Positions 37,607 through 50,674 are shown, counted from the stretch's first letter. The stretch: 64,000 nt of DNA from Cladosporium halotolerans (GCF_011745625.1 NW_027191455.1:558001-622000); one strand, 5' to 3'. Numbers and translations: made by a program. The notes: generated by a model not told the origin, from the letters alone.

Positions 37607-39679
37607 ATGGCTACCTCTTCACTCGGCTCCGACATCTTCGCCATACTCTCCCTCCTGATCATTTCGGTCCTGGTACTGCTTCTGTTACGACATTATCTTC
37701 CATTGCGTAGCACTCCAGGTTACCTTTTAGTACCAGTCTTCCTAGCCCTTGCACTGCCTTGCAGCATCATCTTGTTGGTTCCGATAGACCTGGCCTCTAC
37801 CGAAAATGCCGACAGTGAAGGCCCCAAGCGAGGAATCTGGCTGCCTGAACGAGCAGTCTTTGTGGCATGGAGGATCACATACTGGTTGACTTTTGTTCTG
37901 ACCTGGTTCATCCTGCCGCTCATGGGCGAGTATTGTGATTCGGGTTTCCGGGATCCAAAAGACAGGATGGTACATTCTCTAAGAAGCAATGCGCGCTACC
38001 AGCTCATTGTCCTTGGTACATCGATAGCTGGCTTGGTCTACTTTATCCTCCAAAATGGTTTCCACGGAGAGAGCATCAAGGGTCTTGTTATGGCTTTGGC
38101 ATACGCCTGGGGTTTGATTCTTGCGATAGGACTCATGGGACATGGTCTTGTGGCAATGCCAAGGAGATTATTCAAGAACGCGAGTCTGAGTGAACGATTG
38201 AGACGTGTGCAGTCACAAGCACCCAAAACGAAAGAGAAGCTGGACGAAGCGCTAGAGGAATTGGAGAATTTGGAGAATACTGCATTGCAAATGAAAAGCC
38301 GGAAGAGCGGGACAAGCTTGGATACTCAAGATTGGATAGATGAATTGGTCGAGACATCGTCCATGCCAGATTCAAGGCCTGGCGCAAACGCTGCCGTTCG
38401 CTCGACAAACCAAAGCATTCCCGCTGTGATCACCGAGAGGTATCTCGCCGATCTGACGAGGAAACTAAAGCGTGCCCGCCACAAGAAAGCACGATTCGCG
38501 GACGAGTGGACACATCTTTGCCAGCAAGCTCAAGACATCCAGACCGTCATGGATTCTGCTACATCACGGAAGCTGGAGTTCGGTCGCGAGAGACCTGGGG
38601 CTCGCAATATGAAGATTCTCTCTCCAACCCTGCGATTTTACTTGCATTTCTACGCGACACCGTATCTTCGGATCGCTCTGTCGGTCTTCTTCGCCGCTGC
38701 CTCCATTCTAGTTGTATGGAGTGAAGTCGTGAGCTCGTTCTCCTCAAAGCTCTCGATCATTGGTCTAACTGTGGTACATCACCCGTATTCTGACCATGGC
38801 CAAGTGCCATTCCTCGGGCAATTGGTCGCAGCTGCATGGCTCCTCTACATGGATGCTTGCGCCCTCTACGCAATTTCCGACGTCAAGGTTTGGGGCAACC
38901 GCGCGTTGGTCAAGCGTCAGACGTATGCAGAAAGTGCATGTTGGTACAGCTTGCAAGTCGCCAAGTTGACGGTACCACTCAGCTTCAACTTCATCACCAT
39001 GATGCCCGCTTCGGTGTACAAGGAGACAAGCTTTTATCACTTTCTAGGCAAGCTTGTCAACCTGACACCGCTAGGCAGTGGCTTCAGTACTTACTTTCCT
39101 TGTTTCATATTGGTACCAGCTCTTGCGACGCTCTTCAATCTCTACGGAAAGACGAAGAAAATCATCGGATTTGGTGTGCTAGAGGACGATAGTATCGACA
39201 ATCCTTCAGGCTTTGGCACAGGCGGCTGGCGTGAGGGCCGTGCGCTTATTGAACGTGAGAATCAGTCCAGAGGCGAAGGTTCAGGCGTAGGACTGTCCCC
39301 ACGCGGTGCCTCACTGGACCTCGAGCGAGGTACTGGTAGTGCTGGCACCTCAACGCCCGCGCGCCGCTCACAACAAGCGCCGCTCCTTCCTGGCGCTGCG
39401 AACAATGACCCACGCGTGCGAGAGGCCAACCGACAGTTCAACAGCATCACGAATCAGGAGGAGCCTGAAGATGATTCGGCACGTCACTTTTATCAAGATT
39501 TCACCGAGAGGGTAAAGAATACCTTTGACACAGTCGATCGGCCTGAATGGATGCAAAATTTGGGCAGCGGTCTCACGATGCCTACCTGGATGAAGAACGA
39601 CGACAGAGACAACGACGGAGGCAGTGCTCTGAAGCGATGGTTCGGAGGACGGGCCGAAGACGGTCGTGTAAGGCTTTGA
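37607..39679 (+). CDS. LMBR1-domain multi-pass membrane protein
   Basis: Single long ORF with LLVPIDL, WRITYWLTFVLTWFILP, MGHGLVAMPR, and PLSFNFITM motifs; TM clusters flank a coiled-coil loop. Confidence 0.85.
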   Translation: MATSSLGSDIFAILSLLIISVLVLLLLRHYLPLRSTPGYLLVPVFLALALPCSIILLVPIDLASTENADSEGPKRGIWLPERAVFVAWRITYWLTFVLTWFILPLMGEYCDSGFRDPKDRMVHSLRSNARYQLIVLGTSIAGLVYFILQNGFHGESIKGLVMALAYAWGLILAIGLMGHGLVAMPRRLFKNASLSERLRRVQSQAPKTKEKLDEALEELENLENTALQMKSRKSGTSLDTQDWIDELVETSSMPDSRPGANAAVRSTNQSIPAVITERYLADLTRKLKRARHKKARFADEWTHLCQQAQDIQTVMDSATSRKLEFGRERPGARNMKILSPTLRFYLHFYATPYLRIALSVFFAAASILVVWSEVVSSFSSKLSIIGLTVVHHPYSDHGQVPFLGQLVAAAWLLYMDACALYAISDVKVWGNRALVKRQTYAESACWYSLQVAKLTVPLSFNFITMMPASVYKETSFYHFLGKLVNLTPLGSGFSTYFPCFILVPALATLFNLYGKTKKIIGFGVLEDDSIDNPSGFGTGGWREGRALIERENQSRGEGSGVGLSPRGASLDLERGTGSAGTSTPARRSQQAPLLPGAANNDPRVREANRQFNSITNQEEPEDDSARHFYQDFTERVKNTFDTVDRPEWMQNLGSGLTMPTWMKNDDRDNDGGSALKRWFGGRAEDGRVRL

Positions 39680-40472
39680 AGGTTTAGAACATGTTGGGTT
39701 TAGCGATGGCGTTTCGGGACATTATTAGTGAGAGCTCTTAGACTGCTCTTTGCATTGTGTACCATAGCTAATGAAGTCAACAGCCCAAGCATCACGCATT
39801 TGTTGCTTCTTAGGGCGCTGCAGGCAAAGCTCTTTGATTGACTTCGCTCTCAGTCCAAAACCATTTCAGCTGCCTCGTGATACTTGGGCGGATCTGGCGC
39901 TCGACAGCCGTCAAACGTAAGTAAAATCATGGTTTAGCTGGCTCTCTTGTCAACAAAGAAGTCTCACCGATAAGGCTTGACCTACGCGATAGATGCAAGT
40001 CCAGATCGTGCCATGGCTGGCTGGGAGAGCAAGCGAGTCGTGGCTTTGGTGGGGTGATGTGTGTCCCGCGTCCTGAGCAAGGATGCCGAACTCTTCAGGA
40101 ACCTTGTCGCGCTACATCCTCTGAATACATGCCAGGAACAGCTATTCCCCACTTATCTTGACAAGCATTTGCCGCGTGGATTTAGACCACATGGCAGCGT
40201 TTAGGCAATGGCTGTGGAGCTACGCTGCGCATGGCGCTCTTGGAAGGTGAGGTTTGGGACTACGCGATCAGCCATTTCAGCCCTCGCAAGCCGCTTTCTA
40301 TATAATCATGCCACACGGTCATGAGAGCAGGTCAATTGCTAAGGAGACGATCACCACCACGCCAATATGCGATTGGTAGGCCTTATAATGCTTGGAAGGT
40401 ATAAGACTGTGACGACTGCGTCCTGCCTTTCCTGATTGTCAAGCAAGGCACTTCCAGAGCAAGCAGACAACC

Positions 40473-41648
40473 ATGCTTCGACTTATCTTGAACTTGCTTC
40501 TCGCTTACTCCGCCTTGGTTTTCGCCTTGCCGGATGTGGAAGGCCCGTCTAACCCTTGAACTTTGGTACCAAAACTATGCTGATTTTCTCCTGTAGCGAG
40601 AAGGCGGCAAAGAGATAAAGTCATTCGCGTCACTGAAGGACAGTCGATTCAGGCTGCGATAGACTCGGCACCCCGTGGCAGTCGCATTGAGGTCGGGCCT
40701 GGTGTTTATTCGCAACAGATCACGATCAAGAAGAATGGCATCACTCTCGTTGGCAAAGGCGCGAAGCTCGAGCCTCCGGAGACTTTCGTCGACAACGAGT
40801 GTACCAGATTCGCCGGCGATCTGCCAGAACCTTTAGGCCCTACTCAAGCAGGAATCTGTGTTACTGGAGGCGACCTCAGCCTTGACGAATACCAAGCAGA
40901 GCACCGCAAAGTGAACTCCGTCGGCAAGCCCGTCAAAGATGTGACGATCACGGGATTCACTGTCAGCGGATTCCTTGGCTTCAACATCCTCGTGCTCGGT
41001 GCCGAGAACGCCAACGTGTACGGCAACACGCTCGAGAACGGTCCTGTCTACGGATTTCTTACCGCTGGCTCCAGGAACACGAGGGTGACAGACAACAAAA
41101 TCTCATCGGCCGTTCCGGGCTTTAACTTCGTGGCCTTGTGCATGGACAACTTCTCGAAAGTCAAGGTCTCCCACAACAGGATTTCAGACTACTTCGTCGG
41201 CCTGTGCGTCCAGACCGACGGAGCAGACGTCGAGGAAAACGAAGTCAGCAACGTCTGCTACGGCGCTTTCGTCGATCCCGGTGTTCAAGGCGCTCGTGTC
41301 CGCAATAACCATATAACGGGCGTGAACCCTATTTGTGAATCGTTCGGTGGGGTTGCAGGCGGCGTACAGATGTCTGGCAGCATCGGCACCAAAGTCGAGG
41401 GCAACTATATCGAAGGCTTCAGCGGTGCTCAAGCTGCTGGTGTCGGCATCGTCGACGAGCTCTGCCAATTCCCTTCACTTGGGTGCATCAAGTTCGGCCC
41501 GCCGCCGATCATTGCCAAAGACAACCGCGTCAAAGGAAACACATTCGGAGTGAATCCGCTAGATATCTTCTTGGGCGCGCCTGGCAACGGCAATGTTGTG
41601 AAGAACAACGATTGCGATATCTCAGTGCCTCCAGAACTCTGCGCCTGA
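40473..41648 (+). CDS. Secreted right-handed parallel beta-helix (pectin-lyase-like fold) protein
   Basis: Signal peptide MLRLILNLLLAYSALVFA; exon 2 VIRVTEGQSIQAAIDSAPRGSRIEVGPGVY; repeated V..N.I turns. One intron ~40543-40596. Confidence 0.8.
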
Positions 41649-42225
41649 GATCCAAAAATATGGTCAATCGGTTTCAAAATTGGCATGGTGACTTGTTTTT
41701 TCCTTGATACGATGACCTGGAATGTTCTTCTGCGAGTCGTGAAAACTGGTCGCAAATAGTTGCCTAGTAATCAACTTTGTTTCGATCTGCTGACCACGGT
41801 CACGCCATGCCATTTCCACACACAATTTGTCTTCAGCCACCTAGGTCTCTAGCCTCTGGCCTCCATTCTTGGATTCGTTTGGCGAAGAACCACGTGCAAC
41901 GTCTGCAGTTATTGAGACGTGCTAACGTAATCCCCTGATTGCCTGAGGCTGGATATCAGGCTGTATTGGGCGGCAATGTTCGAGGCCTGGTTCGAACTTT
42001 ACGGAAGCCAAGTAGTGGGGCTCAGCAAGCTCTTTGTGCCGATTTCAGTACTCTTCTCGGGATTCGCTTCTCTGCTAGAGTGTTCTATCGCTTCATGTGC
42101 TCCATTGTGCAAGTCGAACTGTCACAGCAATTATATCCTACCTGATCTGTTCGTATCCGGGGTATCATTTGTCGCGCCCAAAACCATCCGCAATCGTGAA
42201 TCGTTTCCTGCTCTTGTCGAACGTG

Positions 42226-42891
42226 TCATCCACCCCCTCTCTCCCGCCTCTTCTTCTCCTTTGCTTCGCGCTTTGCCCTCTGTTCCTCTGCCATGCGCCG
42301 CTGGATCTTCAGCTCCATGTTGTGCTGATCCACAAGCGCGCGCAGCTCCTTCTCGATCTGCTCATTCTTTTCCTTGGCCCTCTGTCGTGCGCGTAGGCGC
42401 TCCTTCAGCGCTTCGACGTGCGTGTCGATTTCGGCCTGGACAGCGGTTCGCAGGTCTGAGGGCGTGCCGATGGTTGCTTTGTGGCTCAAGAAGTCCTTTG
42501 GGAACATATCAATTTCCGGGTCCAGTCCCGGTCCGCCTTCTAGGTAGCCGCCGGGATGCGTGAGCCTGATGCCCGGGATCGCGCTGGCGTAGATCCGGCG
42601 CGCGTCGTTGAGCGGCAAAGGGAGCTCTCCTTCTTGAATGTCTGGCAGGCTGGCTGCAAGGATGTCGTTTGCGCGTATTGACACACCTTCCTCCGGGGCT
42701 TCATCGCTGTCGTCGGGTATGACCCGTATTCCATTGTCTGTTTTTGCATCGGGGTCAAGCAGAGTCTGGACAAGACTGTCTTCGAAGTCGGTACTGTACT
42801 TGAGCTCGTGCGGAACGTAATTGGCGTAGGCGCGGTCAGGATTATCATCAGCAGGCGGTGATGGGCCGACTGCGGCGCTGGGAGAGACCAT
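42226..42891 (-). CDS. Hypothetical protein with C-terminal coiled coil
   Basis: 221-aa ATG ORF with PGIRLTHPGGYLEGGPG motif and a charged helical tail. Confidence 0.75.
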   Translation of the reverse strand: MVSPSAAVGPSPPADDNPDRAYANYVPHELKYSTDFEDSLVQTLLDPDAKTDNGIRVIPDDSDEAPEEGVSIRANDILAASLPDIQEGELPLPLNDARRIYASAIPGIRLTHPGGYLEGGPGLDPEIDMFPKDFLSHKATIGTPSDLRTAVQAEIDTHVEALKERLRARQRAKEKNEQIEKELRALVDQHNMELKIQRRMAEEQRAKREAKEKKRRERGGG

Positions 42892-45456
42892 TTTTAGAGG
42901 TGTGGTGATGGACGACTAGAGCGTGATGCGATCGCAAATGCGACTTTGGCTCGCGTGGCTCTACTGTGGAGCCGAGGTCGGGGTCGCTGGCGGGCGGCTG
43001 AACAGCGCGTGCCCATTAACGTTATTGTATCCTTCACACCAACAACAAACTGATACAAATACCCAAGCGCTTACCGTGCTACTAGTTGAAAGACGATACA
43101 GCAGTTGCTGACAGTGTTACCTTTCGAAACTCACGAGTAATAAGTCTGGTCCGCCTGCATGTGAAGCCTGCAAGCCCGCACCTGGAGGCTCCTCACCAGC
43201 AGTTCTCTCCGAGCTATAGTGGATGATCAACGAATAGTGCCTCGCTGTGCGGCACGCCGATGGTTTAATCTCTATGAGGCGCCTTCTACGCCTTACGCCA
43301 TTCCTCTTCAACGCGACTTTGTTATTGCACGGCGGATACGCATTCGGCAGGCTGCATGAATGGGCTGCGAGTTGGCTGCGTCGACCGCTGCGCTTTTCGC
43401 CCGCGACACGCTACAAGGCACCATTCGAACGACATTCTTGAACTCCACAGCTTCCATGAAGAAGCAGGCAAAGAAAATGTAGTGATTGATCTACTTCGCT
43501 GCAGCCAAGCATGATCTGGGATGCCAGGCAAAGTGTGAAATCTCTATGATGGTGATGATGATAGAATCCTACGCGACCGACCCTTGCCATGGTCGACGAA
43601 TCCAGACCCAGTGTAGGTAGCGTCCCAACCCAGTGCACAGCTTTGATGTCAACCATGCCCGGGGGAGACTCGCGATACGACCGTGTTCGACGTTGGATGC
43701 GACGCTGTGAAGCCCACTTGAGACAACCATCAAGCAATTTTGGCGAAACGTGGGGTGATGACCCTTGAGTGTTCACTTTCATGCTTCTCAGCCAGACCGC
43801 GCAATTCTGCAGCAAGGAGCAGTCCAAACAGTCAGGTATGTCGACGGGTTCAAAAGTAAATGCATTCGAGTTATCTATCGTTTTCAAACGGGCTTCTGGC
43901 AATGTGAGTGCCCTCAACAAGTCACGAAGACATCCATGCGGTGTCACGGAGGAGCAGGACCTGACTACCGCTCCAGGTTGGCACGCGAGACGGGTGCCGA
44001 TCGATGTCGTCTTCGCGCAGCAACACCCTGGCAGTAGTAATGAATACGCGCGATGCACATGTGATGCGCCACGCGCGTCGAGCGGCTGTGTCACAGCTTC
44101 TGCGATTTGACATCTCGCTCAATCTGTTCCTCATTCACCCCTCGGGCGAGGCCGCACATGCGCAAGGGCGAAATAGTCGCCAATAGCGAGGCGAATAGCA
44201 TACGGACCGGCAAGTATTGCGGCGGAAAGACGCCTTAGGTGCGTACTACCCCCGCTGGTAGACGCATAATGATAGTCAAATATGCAGGCGCAGGGACCCA
44301 TGCATATCCCAAGATCTAAGAGATCAGCACCGTTTTCCGAAACCACCGATGAAGCCCCACTCGCCCCGGCTGCCAAACTCTCGACCCAGGTACCTGGGCT
44401 TCCGACACGAGTTGACGTGAGATACTCCAGGAATCGTGCCTTGAATGAACCAGGAAGCCGGGATTGGCATCGAGGAGACTTGGAATGGCTTCGAGATCGA
44501 AAGTCTGCATTGTCAATAGGTTTTGCGACCGCAATCCTCAATCAACGCGAACCGCTACGTAGCTGTCTCACGACGGCTGGCAAGCCAGAGATGGTATCCA
44601 CGTGTACTGTAGTCGCAACCCCCGGGTCGGGATAATGCTCTACGCACTCCAGACTCTCCGTTTACTTGCGCAATCAGGAAGCGCCAGAGCCTATCGTCCC
44701 CAACAATAAGGTCCCTCGGGTTGTTGATAATGCTCCACAGCCGTTGACAAGCCGCGCTAGCGTGTGCATCTCAAGACTTCCCCGGTGAACCCAGAATTCT
44801 TAGGTTCCGTTGACACCATCCCGGGTGTGGCAAGACGTCGATTGCGCGCGATAATTCATGGTGCCTAGCCGTGATTGTGTGTGTCCGAGCAAGATTGAAA
44901 TGAGCGAAATGGCCGACCGATCTCGGATACCCACTTCGCAGGACCCTTGCACTATCGCTTTGGACATAAGATTGTTCTGCGATACATGTCTCTCGAACGA
45001 GGGTCACCAAGAGACCCCACTAAGAGACAACGGCTATAGCACCCCACCAGCTGGGCCCTTTGGGGCGACTCGGCTCAGAACCCAATTTACTCCCTACCTT
45101 TGTTGTCTTGTGCACAGCGTTTGACGGCCCGCAGACGCCGCACTGTCATCCAAAGGACCCTCCCTCTAGCCGAGAGCTTCCACCTCTCGAATCGTCTGGC
45201 TTTTACTAACCTTGTGCCTGTTTCAGACCAGCAGGTCTAAAGATCGACAATCCGTAGCGGGTTCCACGAGCCAGGGCCCCAACGATCTCCCATGGCCATA
45301 GCAGATGGGATCGTATAAGGGCATGGTGGGACACACCCCTTCTCTCTTTGTCTTTCCTTTCGGCACAATCTGATCTCTACGCGTCCCGATCGTTTGGAAA
45401 CCTACGGCAAGGGTCAACCGCTTCTTCGCTTGTACATTCAGCAGCGCCTCGCAACA

Positions 45457-46965
45457 ATGGATGTTGTACCGACGGGCATGGAGGACACAGCGTCCATTTC
45501 TGGACACACCTCGCAGGGAGCAATTTACGCCGTCTGCATCATCTTCACGCTTTTCATGGGCCTGATTGTGGCTGCTCGGATCTTCACTCGAACCCTTGTC
45601 GCTAAGCAAGCTGGTCTGGACGATGCGTTGATCGTTGTTGCCGCGGTGTTCTCCATTCTCTCCTGCATCATGACCTACCGCGAAGCTGTCGAGGGTATGG
45701 GCAAGCATGTTTGGGATCCCTCGATCGACCTGATCACTATGTCTCTTTTCTTCTGGGGTGCGCTCTGGTCATACTACGCGGCTCTCGGCTTCACGAAGCT
45801 TTCTATCCTGCTACAGTACCTGCGCATCTTCCCCCAGATCACTTTTCGCAGGATCTGCTTCGTCATGATCGGCATCACGGTGTTCTGGACTCTCTGGGCC
45901 GTCTTCAGCTCTATGATCATGTGCTTGCCCGTGTCCGTTTTCTGGACTACGAAGGATTTTTTTCACGATCCGCGTTGCCTGCCTCGTCTGGAGACCTGGT
46001 AAGCGTTTTGCATCCCCGAGAAGCGACGAGCTTGTAAACTAATATACTTACCTCAGGTATGCCAACGCTGCTATCAACCTGGTCAGCGACTTTGTCACTG
46101 CCCTGCTGCCGATTGGCGTCATCAGATCCCTGGAGATTCCTAAGCGTCAGAAGAAACTTTTGTACGCAGTCTTCTGCATTGGGTTCATGTAAGTGTCCGC
46201 TCTCAGCATTTTCAGGAATACTAGCTGACTCTTCGCAGCACGTGCATCATTTCTGCCCTGCGCTTGGTGTTCATCTACCCCATGACCACTAACATGGATC
46301 AGACTTGGCACTCGCCTATGTTCTCCATCTGGTCCTGCGTCGAGATGAACGTCGCCATTTTCTGTTCCTGCGCTCCTACCCTCAAGGGTCTCATCCAGCG
46401 TGTCTGGCCCAAGTTCCTGTCCACCATCGGCTCCCGCTACGCCTCTGCTCGTGGCTCCGGCCAAGGCAGTTCCGGTCGCGAGGACTCCCAAGCCACCGCT
46501 GTCAACTCCAAGACATCCGCCTCTGGCAGCTCCAACGACTCTCTTCACAAGGCCAACGACATCTCCCACGTGGAGGCCCAGTCTTGCGAGAAGCCTGCTT
46601 CCGGCTTCCTCGGTTTCCGCCGCAGCCTCTTCAAGCCGTTCTCCAAGGGCACGAACCACAGCCTCGCCAGCTGCTACGGCAACTCAAACAGCGACGACGA
46701 CATCATGTTCGAAGACGACAGTGCGCGCCTCCGCAAGGGCAGCTCGACCCCTTCAAAAATGTACGAGGACGACAAGGGCATTGAGGTCCAAACTACCGTC
46801 GACCAATACATTGAGCCTAGGGCGCCCTCAAGGGCGTCTAGGGCGTCTAGGGCGGACGAGGCCACCAAGACGTCGGTCCATGGAGCTGGCTCCGTGGCGA
46901 TGAGCCCCTTTGAGGACGACGAGCAGGAGGAGCGTGACCTTCAGAGGGCCGCCTGGTCTTCTTGA
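45457..46965 (+). CDS. PTH11-like integral membrane protein without CFEM (introns 45999-46056, ~46189-46238)
   Basis: ARIFTR..GLDD, GMGKHVWD, TKLSILLQYLRIF, C.P...FW, SDFVTALLP, WSCVEMNVAIFCSCAPTLK. Confidence 0.9.
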
Positions 46966-47820
46966 TCGCCTTGAGGAGGCAAATTTCCTTTGTTTTACAC
47001 ATGTACTTTTGTAATATTCACCTTCCCACGGGATGAGTAGAGGGCGGCTTTTTGTTCGTTTTGTAAGATTCTATGGAGGAGACAGTGCATAGACGCTTTG
47101 TGATACCCAAGTTCCACATACCCACGTTACTATACTACACTATATCAATTCATTTCTTAATTCAGCAAGTTTCCTCACCTCTCATGTTCTGTGTCACCAT
47201 CTCTCTAAGACTCGAATATCTTTTCGATGCAAGGCCTTTTTGTTATTTCGAATGAGGCTACCGCATCGTTTAGATCTACGACAGGACGATGCATGGTACA
47301 AGGCGTCGTTCATGTACGCCGTTTCCCACGGTACTTGCAATGTATTGTTAGCGAACTCACGAGCACCACACTTGTCGGATGTCGAGCTATCGTTTCGCTG
47401 ACAAGGTGAGTTTTGAAACCCTCCGTATCCACCAAGTGATGCTGAGGGGTTAGAGACCCCATTGTGCTTCGCCGATGTGCTGACGCGTTTATGCGATTCG
47501 TAGCTAGCTCCAAAAAGCACGAATGCTTACTCAAAGCGATCGGAGTACACACCAACAACATGAAATTGCCGCGATACCGTACCTAGGTAGCAAGGCAGAC
47601 TAAGAATCCCTTGGATGTGCTGGCGGATCAGTGCGGAGCGCCGTCCCTGCGAGACGTTCCACAAAGGCCGAGTTCCAGCGCCGAACTTCCGTCACCATCA
47701 ACGCGACAGCAACTTCACCCACTGGCTTTCCTTTCCCGCGGCCATGCCTCCTCATAGTTGACCGAAATTGACCAGTGGGCAGCTGAAGCGCTGCCCACAC
47801 TTGCGACTACCAAACAAATC

Positions 47821-48897
47821 ATGGCCTTCGTTCCCAAATCCCGCAAGGCCAGGTTCGACTTGACCCTCCACATCCACGATCTCAACAACGTGCCCTTGGT
47901 GACCGGCAGCAGCCTCGTCAGGTGGCATTTACCCAGCTCAAGGGCTGCCGAACACCGAGGGCGTACCAGCAAATGCCCCATCAAGGATCATCGAGTGCAG
48001 TACGACTACGAACACCAGCTACCGGTCCGATTGACCGTCAGCAAGGATGGGATGCTGCAAGATTCGCACGTCGATTTCGAAGTTACACAGGAATACAGCA
48101 CCAGCGGGAAGAACGAGCGCATCACACTCGGGAGGCTGAAGCTCAACCTGGCCGAATATGTGGAAGCGAGTGAGGTGCAGAGCCCGGGGCCTCCGGGCTC
48201 GCCAGGCCACGCTTCGGAAGCCGAGGGAGTTGTCAGAAGGTACCTGATGCAGGACAGCAAGATCAACAGCACGCTGAAGATTGGTATACACATGCGCTAT
48301 GTGGAAGGTACGAGAGACTTCACTGCCCCGCCGCTGCGGACGGCGCCGGTGTTTGGCGGCATCGCGGGTATAATATCCTCCTCTGAGCCAGTCTCTTCGG
48401 GCCACGGAGCAGGGGCACATGCAGACGGCGACACCTCAGCCATGAACGGAAGTGACGGCCCAATGCCTAGTCTTACCGCAAACAGCAAAGAGGCCGGTGA
48501 GATGCAGGATATGTACCGCCGCGCACTCGCCGCATATTGGTCAGCGCAGCCCGGTGAATTGAAAGCAGACGAAGCTATCGAGGATATCTTCGCGGGTGGA
48601 GATGGCTGGGGAGGTAGAGGTCGTCCAACCGCAATGCGACCGAGCATGGATGCTGGCAGGTCGGGCACTTCGACTCCAAACCCCGATATAGATGACTTGC
48701 ACAGAGACCGGGCTCCTCGCACGCCAGAAGGCGGGAGTCGAAGAACGTTTGGCATTAAGCGCCATGCTCACACGAACTCAACACATAGTTTTGGCAGGAA
48801 AAACAAGATCGTTACCAAAGCACCGGGAGAGATCGACGAGTTTGAGATCAGGGAAGACCTCAGGAATTGGCATGTCGGCAATAAGGCATGCACATGA
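47821..48897 (+). CDS. NT-C2 (EEIG1/EHBP1 N-terminal C2) domain protein
   Basis: FDLTLHIHDLNNVPLVTG...LGRLKLNLAEYV...RRYLMQDSKINSTLKIGI. Confidence 0.85.
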   Translation: MAFVPKSRKARFDLTLHIHDLNNVPLVTGSSLVRWHLPSSRAAEHRGRTSKCPIKDHRVQYDYEHQLPVRLTVSKDGMLQDSHVDFEVTQEYSTSGKNERITLGRLKLNLAEYVEASEVQSPGPPGSPGHASEAEGVVRRYLMQDSKINSTLKIGIHMRYVEGTRDFTAPPLRTAPVFGGIAGIISSSEPVSSGHGAGAHADGDTSAMNGSDGPMPSLTANSKEAGEMQDMYRRALAAYWSAQPGELKADEAIEDIFAGGDGWGGRGRPTAMRPSMDAGRSGTSTPNPDIDDLHRDRAPRTPEGGSRRTFGIKRHAHTNSTHSFGRKNKIVTKAPGEIDEFEIREDLRNWHVGNKACT

Positions 48898-49462
48898 GCA
48901 ACACTCAATGTCATAGACAATACGAATACAGCGCACTTGCCTTTTCACGCCCTCATTTCTCGTGCTCGAATCTCCAGAGATCTCGTCAAAGCGAAGAGGC
49001 CGTACAAATTGTTTTGTGTGCGTTCCACGAGACGGTACTTATGGAGCCACTGACCTTTTACGGTCTTAGCGCCGCTGACTGCCTACTTGATTCGAAGATC
49101 GTCAACATATGCATATTGGTCTCTGCAATTCAAGCTCGAACGATTTGTGTGACGATGAGGATACCGATTCCAGGCTCTTGGTCAGCTGCGAAGTGGCAGT
49201 TCTGGTACGTGAAAGCGGGCAAAAGGATCGACGGCGTTTAACCTTTGGGTGGTAGATCTGCTAATAGAGGGGTATGCGCACGTCTATGTCGCAACTCAAA
49301 TCATTATTCCCTGCCACAGACCGGATTGCCTCGTGAGCAGATCACTTGGAAACATAAAAGGTACAGTACTTGCCCTCATCTCAAGCTGACATTCGCCTGC
49401 TGTCCCGCTATATCCAAGCCACACATCTGTCACGCAGAGATCAAGCAATCAGATCGATCAAT

Positions 49463-50614
49463 ATGGCGCCCTCTGAACTACCAATCCTCTTTCTTTGGTC
49501 TATGTCTCCTTGGGCCAGTAAAGCATGGCACTATCTCGCCCTCCGCGGCATCCCCTACAACCAGTGCATTCAGCCTATCACAATGCCCCGACCGGACCTT
49601 GCAGCTCTTGGAGTGAAGTACCGTCGCATCCCTGTCCTCGCTGTAGGCCGTGACATCTACTGCGATTCGCTGCTCATTCTACAGAAGTTCGAGGAGTGGT
49701 ATCCGCGCGACAGCGAGTTCAAGAGCATCAGCGCCACGGACCCTACCGGCAGGGCGGTGGAACGATTGCTCGAGAAGTGGACTGACGTCGTTGTGTTTTC
49801 CGCTGCGGCCGCTTGTATTCCCAGTGAGATGGACTTGTGCAAGGACAAGGCATTCCAGAAGGACCGCGAGGAGCTCTGGGGAAGGCCGTGGACGGCGGAG
49901 GAGCAAGACAAACTGAAGCCTGCTGGACTGGCAAACCTGGTTGCGAACTTTGATTTCTTGGAGGACATGCTCAGTGATGGTCGACGGTGGCTGTTGGGTG
50001 ACCACGGTCCTGGACTCGCGGATGTCCATGGTAAGTCGGCTTGGTTTCATGGATATGGTCCAATTACTCATTGATTGCTTGCAATGCCCCTAAATTTATT
50101 CGACCCAGGGGGGCTCAGTAATCTCAGCATTTTGCCTTTGCTCCTCACTTTCGCGGATTATGTACTAACTTCAATAGCTGCTTGGATCTTTTCGTGGATG
50201 CACAGCCTGCCGAACGCGATGCCGGAGAACTTCTTCGGCACCAAACGGTACCCTAAAACGAGAGCGTGGATCACACGCTACGATGCCGCTATTGAAAGGG
50301 CTAAGGGTGCAGCGCCCAAGCCAGAGGAACTGGACGGACCTGCTGCTGTCGACATAGTCCTCGCATCGAAGGTCCGTGAAGACAGTCTAAAGGTCAATGA
50401 TGATCCGTTGGGGTTAAAGAAGGGTGATCACGTTGAGATGTGGCCCATTGATACTGGCTACGGTCGGAAAGACTCAGGGAAATTGATCAAGCTGACGAGT
50501 AGTGAAGTGGCAATTGCTGCAGAGAGCGAGCGCAGCGGTGAGCAGGTTCAGATTCACTATCCAAGATGGAACTTCACTGTAGCGCGTGCTGGTTCGAAAG
50601 TGAACGGGGTTTGA
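49463..50614 (+). CDS. Glutathione S-transferase-like protein (intron 50031-50177)
   Basis: SPWASK, MPRPDL..LGVKYRRIPVLAVGRDIYCDS, PGLADVH|AAW, C-terminal WPIDTG...HYPRWNF. Confidence 0.87.
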
Positions 50615-50674
50615 GCGATGTATGTAGACATTTTATCACGGCCGCGTAATAACTTGGTTCCAGAGACGCATTAT

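Noticed and set aside
46819..46854. 9-bp tandem AGGGCGTCT repeats
   Set aside because: Short coding slippage repeat (RAS) in a disordered tail; not CRISPR-like.
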